Source: Podospora anserina
Lineage: Eukaryota
Reading direction: 5' to 3'
NCBI GenBank assembly: GCA_017654855.1
Contig: JAFMPO010000001.1
Coordinates: 434,001-498,000 of the forward strand
DNA: 64,000 bases
The notes under the pieces were generated by a model. The model saw only the letters and a list, made by a program, of their open reading frames with translations. It was not told where the DNA came from and did not search any database. This document shows, one piece after another, positions 1-13,151 of this stretch. The number at the start of each line of letters is the position of its first letter. Positions within the stretch are counted from its first letter, which is position 1. Made by a program: the position numbers and the translations under genes.

Positions 1-96
1 GGACAGTTGTAAGATGGCCAAAAGAGAGGCTTCTAATTTCTCAACACATCAACCCTTGAACAAGCACATGCTCGCAGCAAACACCTTGTCGATGTC

Positions 97-2170
97 ATGG
101 TTGGCTCTTTACAAGATCTACTTCTGGCTTTTGTCAATGATGCGCAGAGAAATCTGAAGGATGCTTTCGATATTTGGGCTCAGAGCTTACGCGCCCAAGC
201 TCTGGTGACAGTCATTCTTACATCAACATCTCTAGCATGGATCATCTGCCCACCAGTAAGGACTTCAGCATCGCCTTCACAAATAAAATCGCCATGGGTC
301 TCATATGCTCTCGTCAGCACTTCATTATTTCTGCTCAGCCTATCTGGTGGAGCTTGGACGCTCCTGGTCAATCGCTATGTTCCAGAACCGTATCTTGTAA
401 GTCGGGTTAGCCAGCCCCTGATGATTTGGGGTGCTAACGTGTCATAGGACGAGTTCTTCCATATACCCCAAGCACAAGTATACTGCGAAGGGAGATACCG
501 GCAGTGGGATGACAAGATCACTACCCCTCCCGGCCTGTACGGTTTTTACCTATTGCCCCTTTTCCTCATTTCATGCCCGCTAATTCAGGGGTGACTATCA
601 GCTACCTCTTTTCCGTGATATACAACAAGATAACAACGCTCACATGTGAAACCTCGACCTTGCGTTTCCACAATCTCTCGGTTGTTCTAGTAATTGTTGC
701 TGCTGCAGCGCAATGCCGCAATCTGATCGAAAGGAGGCAGGCTGAGCGGGTCGGCAAGGTTGCTTCAACAAACCTGTCCCTATACTCGTTTCACACGGCC
801 ATCAACACCGCCTTGATGCCAGTTGTCTTTTTCTTCTCGGGTCTCTACTACACTGATCCCCTGTCGACCTTGGCGGTGCTTCTCTCTTACCGACACCATC
901 TGCAACGAGTCGGACCGGAGCGACCAGGTCTTCTGAGTGATGTGTGGACTGTCATCCTGGGTGTGGCTGCCCTCTTCATGCGCCAGACCAATGTCTTCTG
1001 GGTTGTCGTCTATATGGGCGGCTTGGAGGCTGTTTACACTCTGCGGTCTGTCAAGCCAGGTGCTCAAGAGTTTCTCACTACACTTCATGACCCGCCACTG
1101 AGCAACTCAGGGCCTGATGGTAAGTTTTCTTGTCAGTACGTTGATGCGGTTATGCATAGGCTGACTTTTTAGACTGGTTCTTTTGTCTCCTCACCATTGC
1201 TGTAACTTCTCTCTGCAACCCGGTCAAGGTCCTGCGCCAGATATGGCCTCACCTTACTATTCTCGGTCTATTCGCTGGCTTTGTAGCCTGGAACGAAGGC
1301 GTTGTCCTTGGTAGGTTCACCTTTGCTTTGTTCTTCTCACGGGCCGCTACTAACGTTGCTTCAGGGGATAAATCTAACCACATCGCAACCATTCACCTCT
1401 CTCAGATGCTCTACATCTGGCCTTTCTTCGCCTTCTTTTCCCTGCCCCTATTCGTCCCTTCCATTCTTGGGTTCATCACACGCCCTCTGCAAACTATCCA
1501 CTCACTCATTCTCCGCCCCAACGCCCTGTTCACCATCCCCTGGGCCTTCCTCACCGCCCTCCTATCCGCAGCAGTAGTCAGGTACAACACCATCATCCAC
1601 CCCTTCACCCTCGCAGACAACAGGCACTACATGTTCTACATCTTCCGGTACACCATCCTCCGCTCCCCGCTCATCCGCCTCCTGCTGGTGATCCCCTACA
1701 CCGTAGCAAGATGGCTCGTATGGGGAAGCCTGTCCACCAGCACCCCATCAACAACCCAGCCCTCAGGGCCAAAACCACGGACTGCTCCTGCCCAGCCAAA
1801 GGCAGCTCCTGAGAGCGATGGGCAATTGACCCTGCTCGACTCCCCCTCTTCAGTCTCAGACATCACCCCCACCACATCAACGGCCATCCTCTGGCTTCTG
1901 ACCACCGCCCTCTCTCTGGTTACCGCCCCGCTAGTTGAACCCAGGTATTTTATTCTGCCCTGGGTATTCTACCGGCTGCTGGTGCCTTCCTGGTCTTTTG
2001 CCTCCGTTGGCATCGGCAAAAGGATCGATCTGCGGCTCGTTCTCGAGACGACCTGGTTTGTGGGTGTCAATGCGGTGACCATGTACCTGTTTCTGTTTAG
2101 GCCCTATGTATGGAAGGATAGTGAGGGGAATGTACTCGATTCGGGGAGATTGCAGAGGTTTATGTGGTAG
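97..2170 (+). CDS. ALG10: Dol-P-Glc:Glc2Man9GlcNAc2-PP-Dol alpha-1,2-glucosyltransferase (DIE2/ALG10 family), 5 exons
   Basis: Spliced product contains [75 protein letters not shown] and ends QRFMW. GT-AG introns at 397-447, 537-601, 1120-1172 and about 1311-1364. Confidence 0.93.
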
Positions 2171-2627
2171 AGGGGGTTGCGGCTATGGGTGTGGGTAGAT
2201 TTGGGGACTGGCGTCAGCAGGTAGTAAACAACACAGGTTAAGCCTCTCTTTGATTGGTGGTAGTGATGCTGAGTGTGAAGAACACAACAACTCCATTGTA
2301 TTTTTCTCCAAAATACTCCCATATGCAGACATCTACCTGCTGTCCTATTCTGCGGGCTTCGTCCTCCCAATATGGCCCATGCTACGCCAACTGTAGTTTC
2401 TTCCCTTTTTTTTTGAGACCTCTTATACCCGAGGCAGTCGCGCCACCCAGTCCTGTTCCTTGTTGGTAATGTAGTTATGTATATGTATAACTTCCCATGA
2501 TTCCGTGACCGCCCATCAATGTTTACCCAATAACCCAATCATACAACCCAACGCCATGTCAATAAAAAAAGAATAATCCCAAAAAAAATGCCAAGTTTCA
2601 ACCTCATGTCATGCTGTTGACTCAACA

Positions 2628-3098
2628 TCACAGGCTTAGCCTGTCCAACGAGAGCCTATCCCCACTCCGGACCCTTCGTACAACACCCAGTTTGAAGAAC
2701 TTTTCTTCCCCTGTGGCGGTTCTTCCACCAATATACAGCTTCTCTGTCCCTAGTGCATCTCGAAACCCTTCACTGCTGCTGTCGCTTCCTCGCCTTCTTC
2801 CTCCCGAGTGCGGAATGGGTATGCCAGCGGTATGGTGATGTCGTGGGGAGTGCAGTGGCAGCTGTCCAATCACCCCTGTTCGGGAGGCAGATGTTGACGT
2901 CGAAGGCGAAGTAGCCTGTGATTGCGCGGCCGTGGCCGAGGCGGATATCGATCGTGGCGTGGCGGTAGACGATGATCCTATTCCTGAGGAAGCCTGAGTG
3001 GTGTGCTTATTTGGTTGTTGTGCTGATAGGGCCGAGGGCGGCTGTTGACGGAATGCGGCAAAGAAGGTGGACAGGAAAAAGGGGCGTTGGGAAGACAT
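2628..3098 (-). CDS. Conserved-looking hypothetical fungal protein (156 aa, low-complexity middle)
   Basis: Single-exon ATG-initiated ORF. The C-terminal LYIGGRTATGEEKFFKLGVVRR...SLDRLSL block resembles a conserved ascomycete hypothetical family (from memory, unverified). Confidence 0.7.
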   Translation of the reverse strand: MSSQRPFFLSTFFAAFRQQPPSALSAQQPNKHTTQASSGIGSSSTATPRSISASATAAQSQATSPSTSTSASRTGVIGQLPLHSPRHHHTAGIPIPHSGGRRRGSDSSSEGFRDALGTEKLYIGGRTATGEEKFFKLGVVRRVRSGDRLSLDRLSL

Positions 3099-6000
3099 GG
3101 TGGTCGGCTATGCGGTGATGGAGAAGGGGGTGAGAAGACCCCTATCACTTGTTTTATCGCAGTCTTGGTGTTTGGTGTTGGCGTAGCTGGAGCGATGATA
3201 ACCTATTCTTTCCTCGCACTCCCGTGTGGATTGATTGTTTTACAGGTCTTCGGTCGAAATATGGGTCCTGATCCTTCTTCTTGATGCTTGGACTCGCGCT
3301 CGGTCGAAGTCTAAATCCGTGCGGCGAGAAAATACCGTCGATGTCCGTCCTGTTGGGCTGTGAAGTTGCCCCTATCGATGACTGGCTTCGAATGTTTGAC
3401 TCGTGGAAATGGCCAGTGGGCGCTCGGTCATGTCGGTACAGGGTGTGTAGGCAAGTCGCTGGACGAAGAACAGATAAATGTAAGGCGACGAATGAGTCGT
3501 AGGGTTCCTGCGCGAAAAAATCGAAAGTCGGTGAAGTGAAGTCGTGGGTGGTGGCACAAGATGTATGAAATCGCAGCCGCTTGTTCCCGTGCGTGGGATG
3601 TCGTTCTGACGTCGAGTCGACGCCCAAAGATGGTGGGCTGTGGCAGGGCTGCCCTTTGCTCGTGTTTCTTGGCGTTTGTTCCGCTTAGCTATTCTCGGCC
3701 ATTCCCGGGACTGGCGGACCAATGGAATGGCTGCCAATGCCGAGCTCAGAATCGTGGGGCAGGCAGTGGGCCTCAACGCGCTATCCACTGTGGGCCTGGC
3801 AATTGACCGCCTGTTGATTGGCTCAGAACGGCTATCCTTTGTGCGGGGGAACCGGGGCACTGACAGCACAACTTCGGGCTTCTTAATTCCAGTGGACTTT
3901 GCAGGTGACAGCTCAGCGAGTTACCTGGTGATCTGGAAAGTAAATGCAGACCATGGGAGGGGTCGGGTGCCCTAAAAATGCAACAACATAAACAATTCTT
4001 GGATATCGTCATGCCCGACTGGTGTGTCGAGCCGGTCGGCCGGCGGAGCTTCATCCTCATCTCCGACGTCCCAACCACCAACGACTCTGAGCTAGACGGG
4101 GGATGAAGCGATATATCAGTCATTTCCAAGAGAGTCCTCTATCTGATTCTCAGCAGTCGATGACCACATTCTGCAGTTACTAAAAGGGCAATCCTGATTC
4201 CACCAACACTACCACCAATCCCAGGCTATCTAAGGGTCTCGGCACCTTGAACCTATGCAGTGTGGCAGCATTGGCAACCAAATTTTAACAAGATGTGTGA
4301 GAAGTGGAGGGCAAGTTGTGGTCTCCCTGAAACTTAAAAGTCAATAACAAACAATTGTCGGTCAAGAATCCATCAAACCCAAGGGCAGCTTGATGCCCAC
4401 GTGCTAGCCCTCGATACCTTGGCCGGTAAGGGCCAAGGCCGATATTGATAATACCTTCCTCTCTATTACTTGATAGCCGAAGTGTCCATTTGACTTGAAC
4501 TCATGTGTTCAACATCAGCATCAACAACGACACATAATATCGGGCATGTTTGTCCCCATTCTCGCTACCTATAATTATCAACCTCTGTCTTCACGCATCT
4601 CTAGTATCTTTGGATAGGCCCTATGTATGACGACTGTGAACAAGACGTTGTATAGAGAGTGAAACCATCTTCGGCCGTACAAGGTCCCCAGACCAGAAGA
4701 TCTTTTCACGATACACCATAATGCTACACACATCTCACAAGCCACATCCTTGAACAGTAATGTGACAACAAGATCACACCAATTGCGGTCATACTAATAA
4801 AACAAGCTTGTACAACCTAGAGCTATGACATCGAGAGCTGCAAAAACTTTCATAAGCACACTCTGGACAGAATAACTGCCACTGTAAGCTAGATAAAATG
4901 TATTATAATTGTTGACTTATACCTTTTGAAAAAAAAATAGGCCTCGAGAAAGAACCAACAACCCTCAAACCATAATCAGAACGCCCATTAACTACCTTCC
5001 AAGGCCTATTACTTACCTGTTGGGGCGTCTTCCAGATACTATTCCGTTGACTTACTTTTGCGGTGCCAAGTATTTTGTCCACAACGTGATAAGGTTACCT
5101 TACCTGATGGGCGAATTTGAAGTAGCCCAGTCATCTCACCCAGACACTTTGAGCAGAGATCATTAGTCCCTGACATTTGTCTAAGTGAATCTCGAAAGCT
5201 GTCTGTATCTCCAACCTGAAAAAGTACCTTGCAACAACATGTAGCCAACAAGTATAGAATGACCTCGCTGGATACTATCTGCCTAGGTCTGTGGATTTTG
5301 CGTGATAGGCCTGGACATGAGAAAACAGCCAAGAAGGTCTAAGAGGTGTCAAGGGATAATTGAACGTTCTGAAACTATGTCCTGGGGCTTGTGTTTGGTG
5401 TTTGGTGTAGCGATGTGTCATTCTGGTCTGGACATGTGATGGTATGACCTACTTAGGGGTCTATTGTGCTTCGTAACTCCCAGATGCGCCCTCTCTGTGT
5501 GTGGTACAATGTAAAGCACTGCCCAGCCCTCGGGCTTTAGTCATCTATTTTCAGACAAGTCAGGTATCGGCCACATCCTGCGACAGTATTCTGTCTGGTC
5601 TTTCTGTGTGGTGTGCGCCAGCATGAGCCTCTCCGTAGACATTCAGGCATCAAGTTGATAGAACACAGGCCAAGGCTACGGTCAACGGTGCCGTGTCGCA
5701 GGGCTGGTTCTGAGCTTCAGGTTGAAACTCTACGACACCAGGCGTCCAGGACCGGAAGCACGAGGCTGCCATGGCCTGAGCAGGCAGGTGGGTAAGGTGA
5801 TGAGATCCATTTTCAGTATAAGAGAGGCCAGCACCGTCCTCCTCATCAGCATTGGAATCTGTCTCTATCATCAACTCAAATATCGATATCAACAATCCAC
5901 TCCTTCACAGGACTTCTGGCAAGTCCAAAAAACATTCTCTTCATTTGATCATCTCACTTTGGGGAAGCACTCCTTTTCAAACAGTCTTGAAATTCAACCT

Positions 6001-6179
6001 CTGGAAGGTTTGTTTGCTTCACGTTCTCTTTTGAATCCTTAATCGGCTTCTGGCAAGCCTCGAACACTCCCTCCAACATCTGTCTTAACGTACCTTACAT
6101 TTCCTCAGCCGTCTCTCTCAGGTTGACCTTCTCGAAGAGCCCCGGTCAAGCAAAATTCAATCTAACAGACCTATTGAAA

Positions 6180-7160
6180 ATGAAGCACACCATTGCCCTC
6201 ATTTCCATTATCGGTCCAGCCAGCGCTGCTCGTCTCCCCAAGCCAACATCCGAAACAGCCATTTCACACAGCAATAAGAACAACAAGATCAGCGCTTCTC
6301 TTGGAAACGTAGCCGGAGGCGTAGCCAGCGGTGGAATTCTCCTCGTTATCGAGCATCTTCTCAACCAGGGCGATGAACAAGAGATCCGGCCAACTGTAAA
6401 CGCTGCGCAAGCCCCTCAAAAGCGAAGTGTACGGCGGAGAATCCGATTCAACCGCAAGCGCCCATCTCGCCGTCTGAATCCTGCCCCAGATTCTCCAAAG
6501 GTTGATAACGCAGCTAAAGTTGACAGGACAGAAAAGGTTGACGACACAGCAGAGGTTGACGACAGAGGCGGAAAGACTGACGGGTTCGCCAAAGAAGTGG
6601 CAAAGGATGTTCTTAGTGATGAGATTGTGAATCGCATCGAGGATGTAGTCGACGTCGTCAAGGGCAAGATTTTTCGGCAGTGATGAGGGTGATGCTGTCG
6701 ACGATGCTCTGGAGGATTCCCCAGTGCAGAAACGAGATCTTCTCTCTCTATCCGCTCTGTGTGAAATTCCTCCAAGACAAGGGGCTCATTCCGGACACGA
6801 CTCTGGAGGACGACAACGATGAAAATGCAGCGGATAAGCTCGACGCACGCAAGAGGAGCTCGGAGATGGCGCCAATCGCAACCTGATTCGGGCGCGGGCT
6901 CCCCGTTTTGGTCGTACTGGTAGACCCTCTCGTGATGGCCAGGTGGTAAGGAGCTGTCTGGGGGCTCTTCTGTCGGCTCTTCCTCGGGAGGTTCTTCCAT
7001 TGGCACTGCCGCTGAAGGCTTTGCTGGTACTGTTGCAGGTGGTGTTGCCACTGGTGGTATACTTCTCGGATTAGAGAAGGCCATCAGCGAGGGAGATCAG
7101 GTCTCGGCAGCGACTGTTCCATTGCCTGCAGAGCCCTCTGACGAAGCGGTTGCGGCATAA
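6180..7160 (+). pseudogene. Secreted repeat-peptide precursor, truncated at 6683 or frameshifted pseudogene
   Basis: Signal-like MKHTIALISIIGPASA start. The motif GNVAGGVASGGILLVIE recurs as GTVAGGVATGGILLGLE in an ATG-less open frame at 6936-7160. The intervening sequence reads as protein-like only with several frame switches, and KR dibasic sites are present. Confidence 0.5.
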
Positions 7161-7462
7161 ACGACACAAGGGGAGCTGGTACCAATCCATAGGTACTTAC
7201 CGGAGCGGAAAACCAGAGGTAAAGGGATGGATATATCATATCAGAGAACACTCGTTTCATTGTTAGACCCTTATTTGATTTTTCAAGACATTCAATTATG
7301 GATAGCAATAGAACCTAGAACACGGCTTGTTGTTTTTATCGAGCAAAATGTAGAATTCCCAACAGGCGACTATGTTTCGCAACTCCCATCCACAAATTCA
7401 CACTTCTTCCACGACTTGCTTCATACATCATCAAACACCCCAAAATATGCCGACAGCCAAAT

Positions 7463-8432
7463 TCAAACCCGTCCCTTCAGCAATCCCGCCAACACCTCCC
7501 TCAACTCCGTCTCCCCCCTCCGAATCTCTCCACCCGGCGTCGGCTCCGGATTCAAAAACAGGATCCCCCCCTCCAAGAAGCTCTGGTTCATCTCCGTATA
7601 CTCCCTCGCAACATGCTCAGAAAACATCTGCCGGTAATAATCCAACAGCCCCTCCTGAGGAATGACTCTCATATCCACCTCTTTCCCCAGCAACTCCTCA
7701 AAGATCTTCTTCACATCATTCGAGCTGTAGCTCTGGCCCTGAAGCTCAAAGATGTAAGGATTGCTCTTGGGGGGGGCAGTAGACAACAGCTCTTGAGCGC
7801 ACGTCTTGCCAATATCCCTCACGGCAATGTGCGGGAAGGGAAAATCGGCCGGGGAGATGGTAGAGTAGAAGAAGGGCTTGTCCGAGAGGAGATTGGGGAG
7901 TTCGGAGGCCCAGTTTTCCATGAACCAGCAGCAGCGGACAAAGACCTTTTGGATGGAGGCGGGCAGGGTGGAGATGGTGGTTTCAGCGGCGTGATTTGCT
8001 TTTAATTCACCCTGGTCACATTTTGCGTTAGCATTCTATGAACGGGAAGGGAAAGGGTAATATTACGGTTCCAGAGGAGTACTGGGCCCCCATTGTGCTC
8101 ATCAGGACGATCTTCTTGATGGTCGAGGACTTGAGGATGGCGGTTTTCAAGTTCTCGGTTTGTCGTTTGGCGTGCTCAAAGACATCGGCGTCGGTATACG
8201 TGTTAGGGGTTGTGTGGAAAAGCAGGTCGCTGGGAGGAAGTTCGAGGGAAGGGTCGTCAATGTCGCCTTGGAGGGCTGTAAATTGGGAGTGGGACAGTAA
8301 ATCTTCCGGGACCTTGGATAAGTCGCGGTATATGCCGTGTATCTTGACTGAGGGATCAGAAAGAGAGAGCAGAGCCCGAATGGTGGCGAGGGAGGTCTTG
8401 CAAGAGGCGGGGATGATGGTAATGGTCGGCAT
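7463..8432 (-). CDS. NmrA-like NAD(P)-binding Rossmann protein, 2 exons
   Basis: N-terminal TITIIPASCKT strand, KKIVLMSTMGAQ, then after one intron (about 8067-8013) GELKANHAAE...VRCCWFMENW and IAVRDIG, typical of NmrA/atypical SDR proteins. Confidence 0.8.
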
Positions 8433-9231
8433 TTTGATTACCTGAACGTCGTTGTTGGTGCTCGTGTTGGTGGGTGGATGGTAAAAGTGCTGCTGTTGTA
8501 GTCCTCGTCGTGGACAGAGCGGATGGACCTCTATTACTACTGATCAATGAGATCCTTATAGATGTGTGGTTCATGAATATTCCACCTTGTCAGCCGTGGC
8601 TTTCCCGATTCGTCAACGCCGACGTCAATGTCGACGTACGCGTGCATTGCCAAGATCTCTTCATCTTTGTCGCTGGTGCCTACCAGATCGCAATCTCGCC
8701 TAAGAATCGTTGCTATTGACGCCTCGCCGGCCTGTAGTCGTCACGGAATGCGATCTTGAAGCCAATCGACTTGATAGTGTTTTGTAATCAACATTTATTC
8801 AGCAGTGTCTAGTAAGCAGACTTGTGTAAGCAGCGTCACAATTAGGGGATGCCAAGCAGCGCCTTCTTTCAGCCCTGAGGCTGCCAGTCCAGACTATGCC
8901 GCCCTTGGTATTCCAAGGCCCAGCCCTGCAACTAGAACCCGTCACCAGAGTCGGTACCACCACGCAAAGCTGGCGTAGGTATCGGTGTCGGAGGCCGCGG
9001 GTTCCAGCATGCGTGACCATACGCGTCCCGACCGCTTCACTGAATCAATGAGGGTTCAGCCTCTGTTCAGAAAACGGGTGATTTCCCCAGCTCCATCCGT
9101 TTTAGCAACCCATGTAGAGTCAAAAAGACCTCCTTTCCTCTTGTTGAACCCATATACACGGAGTGAGTATGTACAGAAACAGTTTGCCCTCGCAGTAATG
9201 TTGAATTTAGTCCCATTTTGATTTCCCTGAA

Positions 9232-10979
9232 TCAATACCGCCAGATAGCATCCGCCATCGCTACCACCTGCGCCATCTCCCTGACATCATGGACCCTCAC
9301 CACGTCCGCTCCTCCCTGAACAGCAGCCGCAACTGTCGCGGCTGTGCCCCATATTCTCTCCTTCGGCGTCGGTACGCCTGTCACCCTCCCAATGAAGCTC
9401 TTCCTGCTGGACCCGACAAGCCACGGCAGACCTTGCAACCCAGGCCAGAACCTGAGCTCATCCAAGTGCCTCAGCACATCGACATTTTGCCAGCCAACCT
9501 TGGCGAAGCCTAACCCAGGGTCAAGCACGATCCTCCACCGTCTAACACCAGCCGTCTCGGCAGCCGCTACCCTCTCCACCAGTTCCTTAGCAATCCCGCC
9601 GATGAGCCCTCCTTCAGAATCAGGGTACTCAGCAAGATTGTTCATCGTCGCCGGTGTCCCCCTCATGTGCATCAGACAGATGGTTGTCCCCAACCTCGCA
9701 ACAGTAGGCAACATCTCCGGGTCCATGCTTCCACCAGAGACATCGTTCACAATATCAGCGCCGGCGGCAACGGCAGCCTCGGCGACAGATGCTCGGTAGG
9801 TGTCCACACTAATGAGCACCGGCCTATCTGAGAAATGAGAGCGGATGAGCTTGATAGCCGGGAGCACTCGGTTGAGCTCTTCCTCTACTGAAACCTCGGG
9901 GCAGTTGGGGGCGGTGGACTGCCCGCCAACGTCAATCATGGTGGCGCCTGCGTCCAAGAAGGATCGTATGTTGGAGATCAAAGTTTGCTCCTCAAGGGAT
10001 GTGTTTTGGCCGCCATCAGAAAAGGAGTCAGGGGTCATGTTGAGGATGCCCATGACGTGTGTTTTCCGGGCTGGATTGAGAGCCATGATGGGGGGGTGGT
10101 GTGCTGACAACGGGGTCATAGTGGTGATAGGAGTAGTAGAAGAAGGTAGGGCATCAAGTAAGTCCCGGGTTAGGGTCCATGGTCGGTCGGGGTCCAGAGG
10201 TTTGTCGGGGATAAGTCTAGGGAACCGTTGTAAGTCAAGGGTTCGTGCCAAGATAAAACGGTCAAAACAGGACTTACTCAGCAAGAGGCTTCAAGACAAA
10301 CTCCCTTTCGGGGATTCCAATGTGAGGAATTGTGAGGCGCTCATGGTTGAACTTGATGTTGTCATAGAGAAGGATATCGAGGTCAATGTTACGCGGGCCC
10401 TTGTCAATGATCTTTTTGCGACCAAGGGAGTTCTCGATATCTTGGAGAGCATCCAGAAGGGCAAGTGGCTCAAGAGTTGTCTCAACCTGAGGTTTTCTTT
10501 TAGTTGCGGCTCTGATTGGTATAACGGGGGTCGGAGACCAGACGTACCTCACAGGCACCATTGACGAATCTATCCTGGTCTAGCACATACATGGGCTCCG
10601 TCTCCCACAGGCTGCTTGTGCGCTTGACCTTGATGCCCCGCGCATCCAGCTCGGCGCAGGCCTTTTCTATCCAGCCAATACGATCCCCCAAGTTGCTTCC
10701 CAGGGCGATATATGCCAGCCGCTTCCGCGCCGGATCTGGGGGAGGTGGGCTAGCCATCTTGGCAGGCAGGTTTATTTCCTTGGGCTTAAAGCTGCGCGGG
10801 AGAGAATATTTTTTGAAGCCGAACGAATCTGTTAGAGACGGTGCTGTCTGGGAAAATTGCCGCTGTCCAATCCTGCTTAGGCGCAGGTTCTGGCAGGAAT
10901 GGCATACATGTCTGGTACTAGGTAAACTTTGTCGGGGTTGTCTCAATGACCCTGCGGCGATACGTGTGAAGCTCTTCAT
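9232..10979 (-). CDS. FOL1: Folic acid synthesis protein, HPPK + DHPS fusion, 3 exons
   Basis: HPPK motifs AYIALGSNLGDR, ETEPMY and GPRNIDLDIL. DHPS motifs MGILNMTPDSFSDGG, ISVDTY, DPGLGFAK, SRKSF and VRVHDV. Confidence 0.95.
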
Positions 10980-11828
10980 ATTCTGCCGCAGTGAAGTCAC
11001 CGACCGAAGTCGAGAAGTGGCTCTGTGAGTTGCTCCAGACCCGACCTTCGGAGTCTCCACCGAAAGAAATGCGGAAAGGGTTAGGGTTGAAGGCGCGGTT
11101 GACCTTATCCGTTTAAGGATTCTCAGCTGTGTCATTGGAACAACAGCCAACAGGCGGATGTGGTGGTGTCTCGGGTTCAACTCCGGGTCATGCACTTGAT
11201 TACCAGCGCGCCGGGCCTGAAGGTTTCCGACGCCCCCTAGATGGAATTCCAGGAGGCGGCGAACAGAGGAACCAGCAAGAGGGACTCGGGAACATCCGAT
11301 GTCATCGAAGGCGAGCCAGACATGTGGGAACCATCACCTGTTGACTGTGACCGTGAAACTCTCCTACGTGCAACCGTCGCCGTTGAAACGTCTGGCCTGG
11401 TCGTTGTTGATCAAGGTTTTTCGAGTGTCAATGTTCGCTATAATAAAATTAACCATGCCTTGGCTTGCCGAGTGACTTGAGAATCACAGTTTCAACGAGG
11501 ACAAACCGAACCGATGCCTCGGTCTGTCTTTGACCTCCGCAGTTCGGTCGCGCAGCCGAGTACCCCAGCGTTCCCATGATCGCCTAATAAAGCTTAGCGT
11601 AGGGGCGCGGGCAACCTCGGCACGGCGGTGATCGTGGCCAAGGCTCCGCGTACCCCGGATTCCAAGATGCGTGTGCCTCCACAGATCCAACTGATTGATA
11701 ACTGGCCTTCTTCCTCGTGCTTCGTCTTGTGTCTTTTTTGTTTTTCAGCAGCGAGATTTTTAACCTTTTTCTTTTTCACCAACACTTATTCTACCATTTC
11801 CCGTTTTGGAGTATTCACATCAGTCATC

Positions 11829-13151
11829 ATGGCCTCTCCTCGTAAGTTCACCTCGAACCTGAATCACCCCGCGCGCACCGGCTCTCCCCTTGGCGCATTC
11901 GAACGACCAACTGGGCGCTAACGTGAGGTTTTCACTTTGTAGAGCAGATCCGCACCGACATCACCGATCTCTTCGGGATCAAGCACCCCATCCTCCTCGC
12001 CGGCATGAACGTCGCCGCTGGCCCCAAGCTGGCGGCGGCTGTCACCAATGCCGGCGGTATGGGTGTCCTCGGTGGTATCAGCTACACCCCCGAGATGCTC
12101 AGGGAGCAGATCGATGAGATCAAGAAGCACCTTAACGACAAGAAGGCTCCCTTCGGTGTCGATCTCCTTCTTCCCCAGGTTGGCGGCAACGCCCGCAAGA
12201 CCAAGTAAGACCATTCCCCAGACGCCGACAGACCATTCATTCCTCTTCTCTTTTGCTGACCCTTTGCGCTTTTCCAGCTACGATTACACCAAGGGCAAGC
12301 TTGACGAGCTGATTGACATCATCATCGAGTCCGGCGCCAAGCTCTTCGTTTCCGCCGTCGGTGTCCCCCCCAAGCACGTCGTCGAGAAGCTCCACAAGAA
12401 CGGCATCCTCTACATGAACATGATCGGCCACCCCAAGCACGTCAAGAAGTGCCTTGACCTCGGTGTCGATATCATCTGCGCTCAGGGTGGCGAGGGTGGC
12501 GGCCACACCGGTGACACCCCCACCACCGTCCTCATCCCCACCGTTGCTCAGCTCGTCAAGGGCCACAAGTCCCCATTGACTGGCAAGCCCGTCCAGGTTG
12601 TTGCCGCCGGTGGTATCTGGAACGGTCAGCTCCTCGCCTCTGCGCTCATGATGGGCGCCAGCGGTGTCTGGGTTGGTACCCGTTTCGTCCTCTCCAAGGA
12701 GGCTGGTGCCCCCAAGGCCCACAAGGAGGCCGTCCGCACCTCGGGCTTCGATGACAACATCCGCACCACCATCTTCACCGGTCGCCCCATGCGTGTCCGC
12801 GCCAACCCCTACATTGTTAACTGGGAGGAGGACCGTGTTTCCGAGTTGAAGCAGTGCCTCGCCAAGGGCAAGATCCCCCACGAGGTCGACCTCGATAAGC
12901 TCATGGCTGGTGAGGTCCCATCGATTGCCGACCTCAAGAAGATCGGCCTCGTTGCTGCCTCCACCCCCGACAACGCCGAGGTTGATGTTGATGACCTTCT
13001 TGACTCCCTCATGCCCCACCTTATGGGCAAGTGCGCCGCCGTTGTCAACGAGGAGAAGTCAGCCAAGGAGATCGTTGACGAGTTTGTCAACGATGCCGTT
13101 GCCGTCATCAAGAGGGGCAACGCCCAGCTCGTCAGCTTGCCCAAGCTATAG
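11829..13151 (+). CDS. Nitronate monooxygenase / 2-nitropropane dioxygenase family flavoprotein, 3 exons
   Basis: HPILLAGMNVAAGPKLAAAVTNAGGMGVLGG, CAQGGEGGGHTG, VAAGGI and GVWVGTRF. Intron 11842-11942 and a second at about 12204-12277; strong codon bias. Confidence 0.92.

Noticed and set aside
4000-6100. Gene-poor, somewhat AT-richer stretch as a possible transposon or RIP relic
   Set aside because: No terminal repeats, transposase or RT motifs, or extreme TpA skew are visible.
11125-11200. B-box-like GGTTCAACTCC suggesting a tRNA
   Set aside because: The T-stem does not pair beyond two bases, and no acceptor stem or cloverleaf can be drawn.
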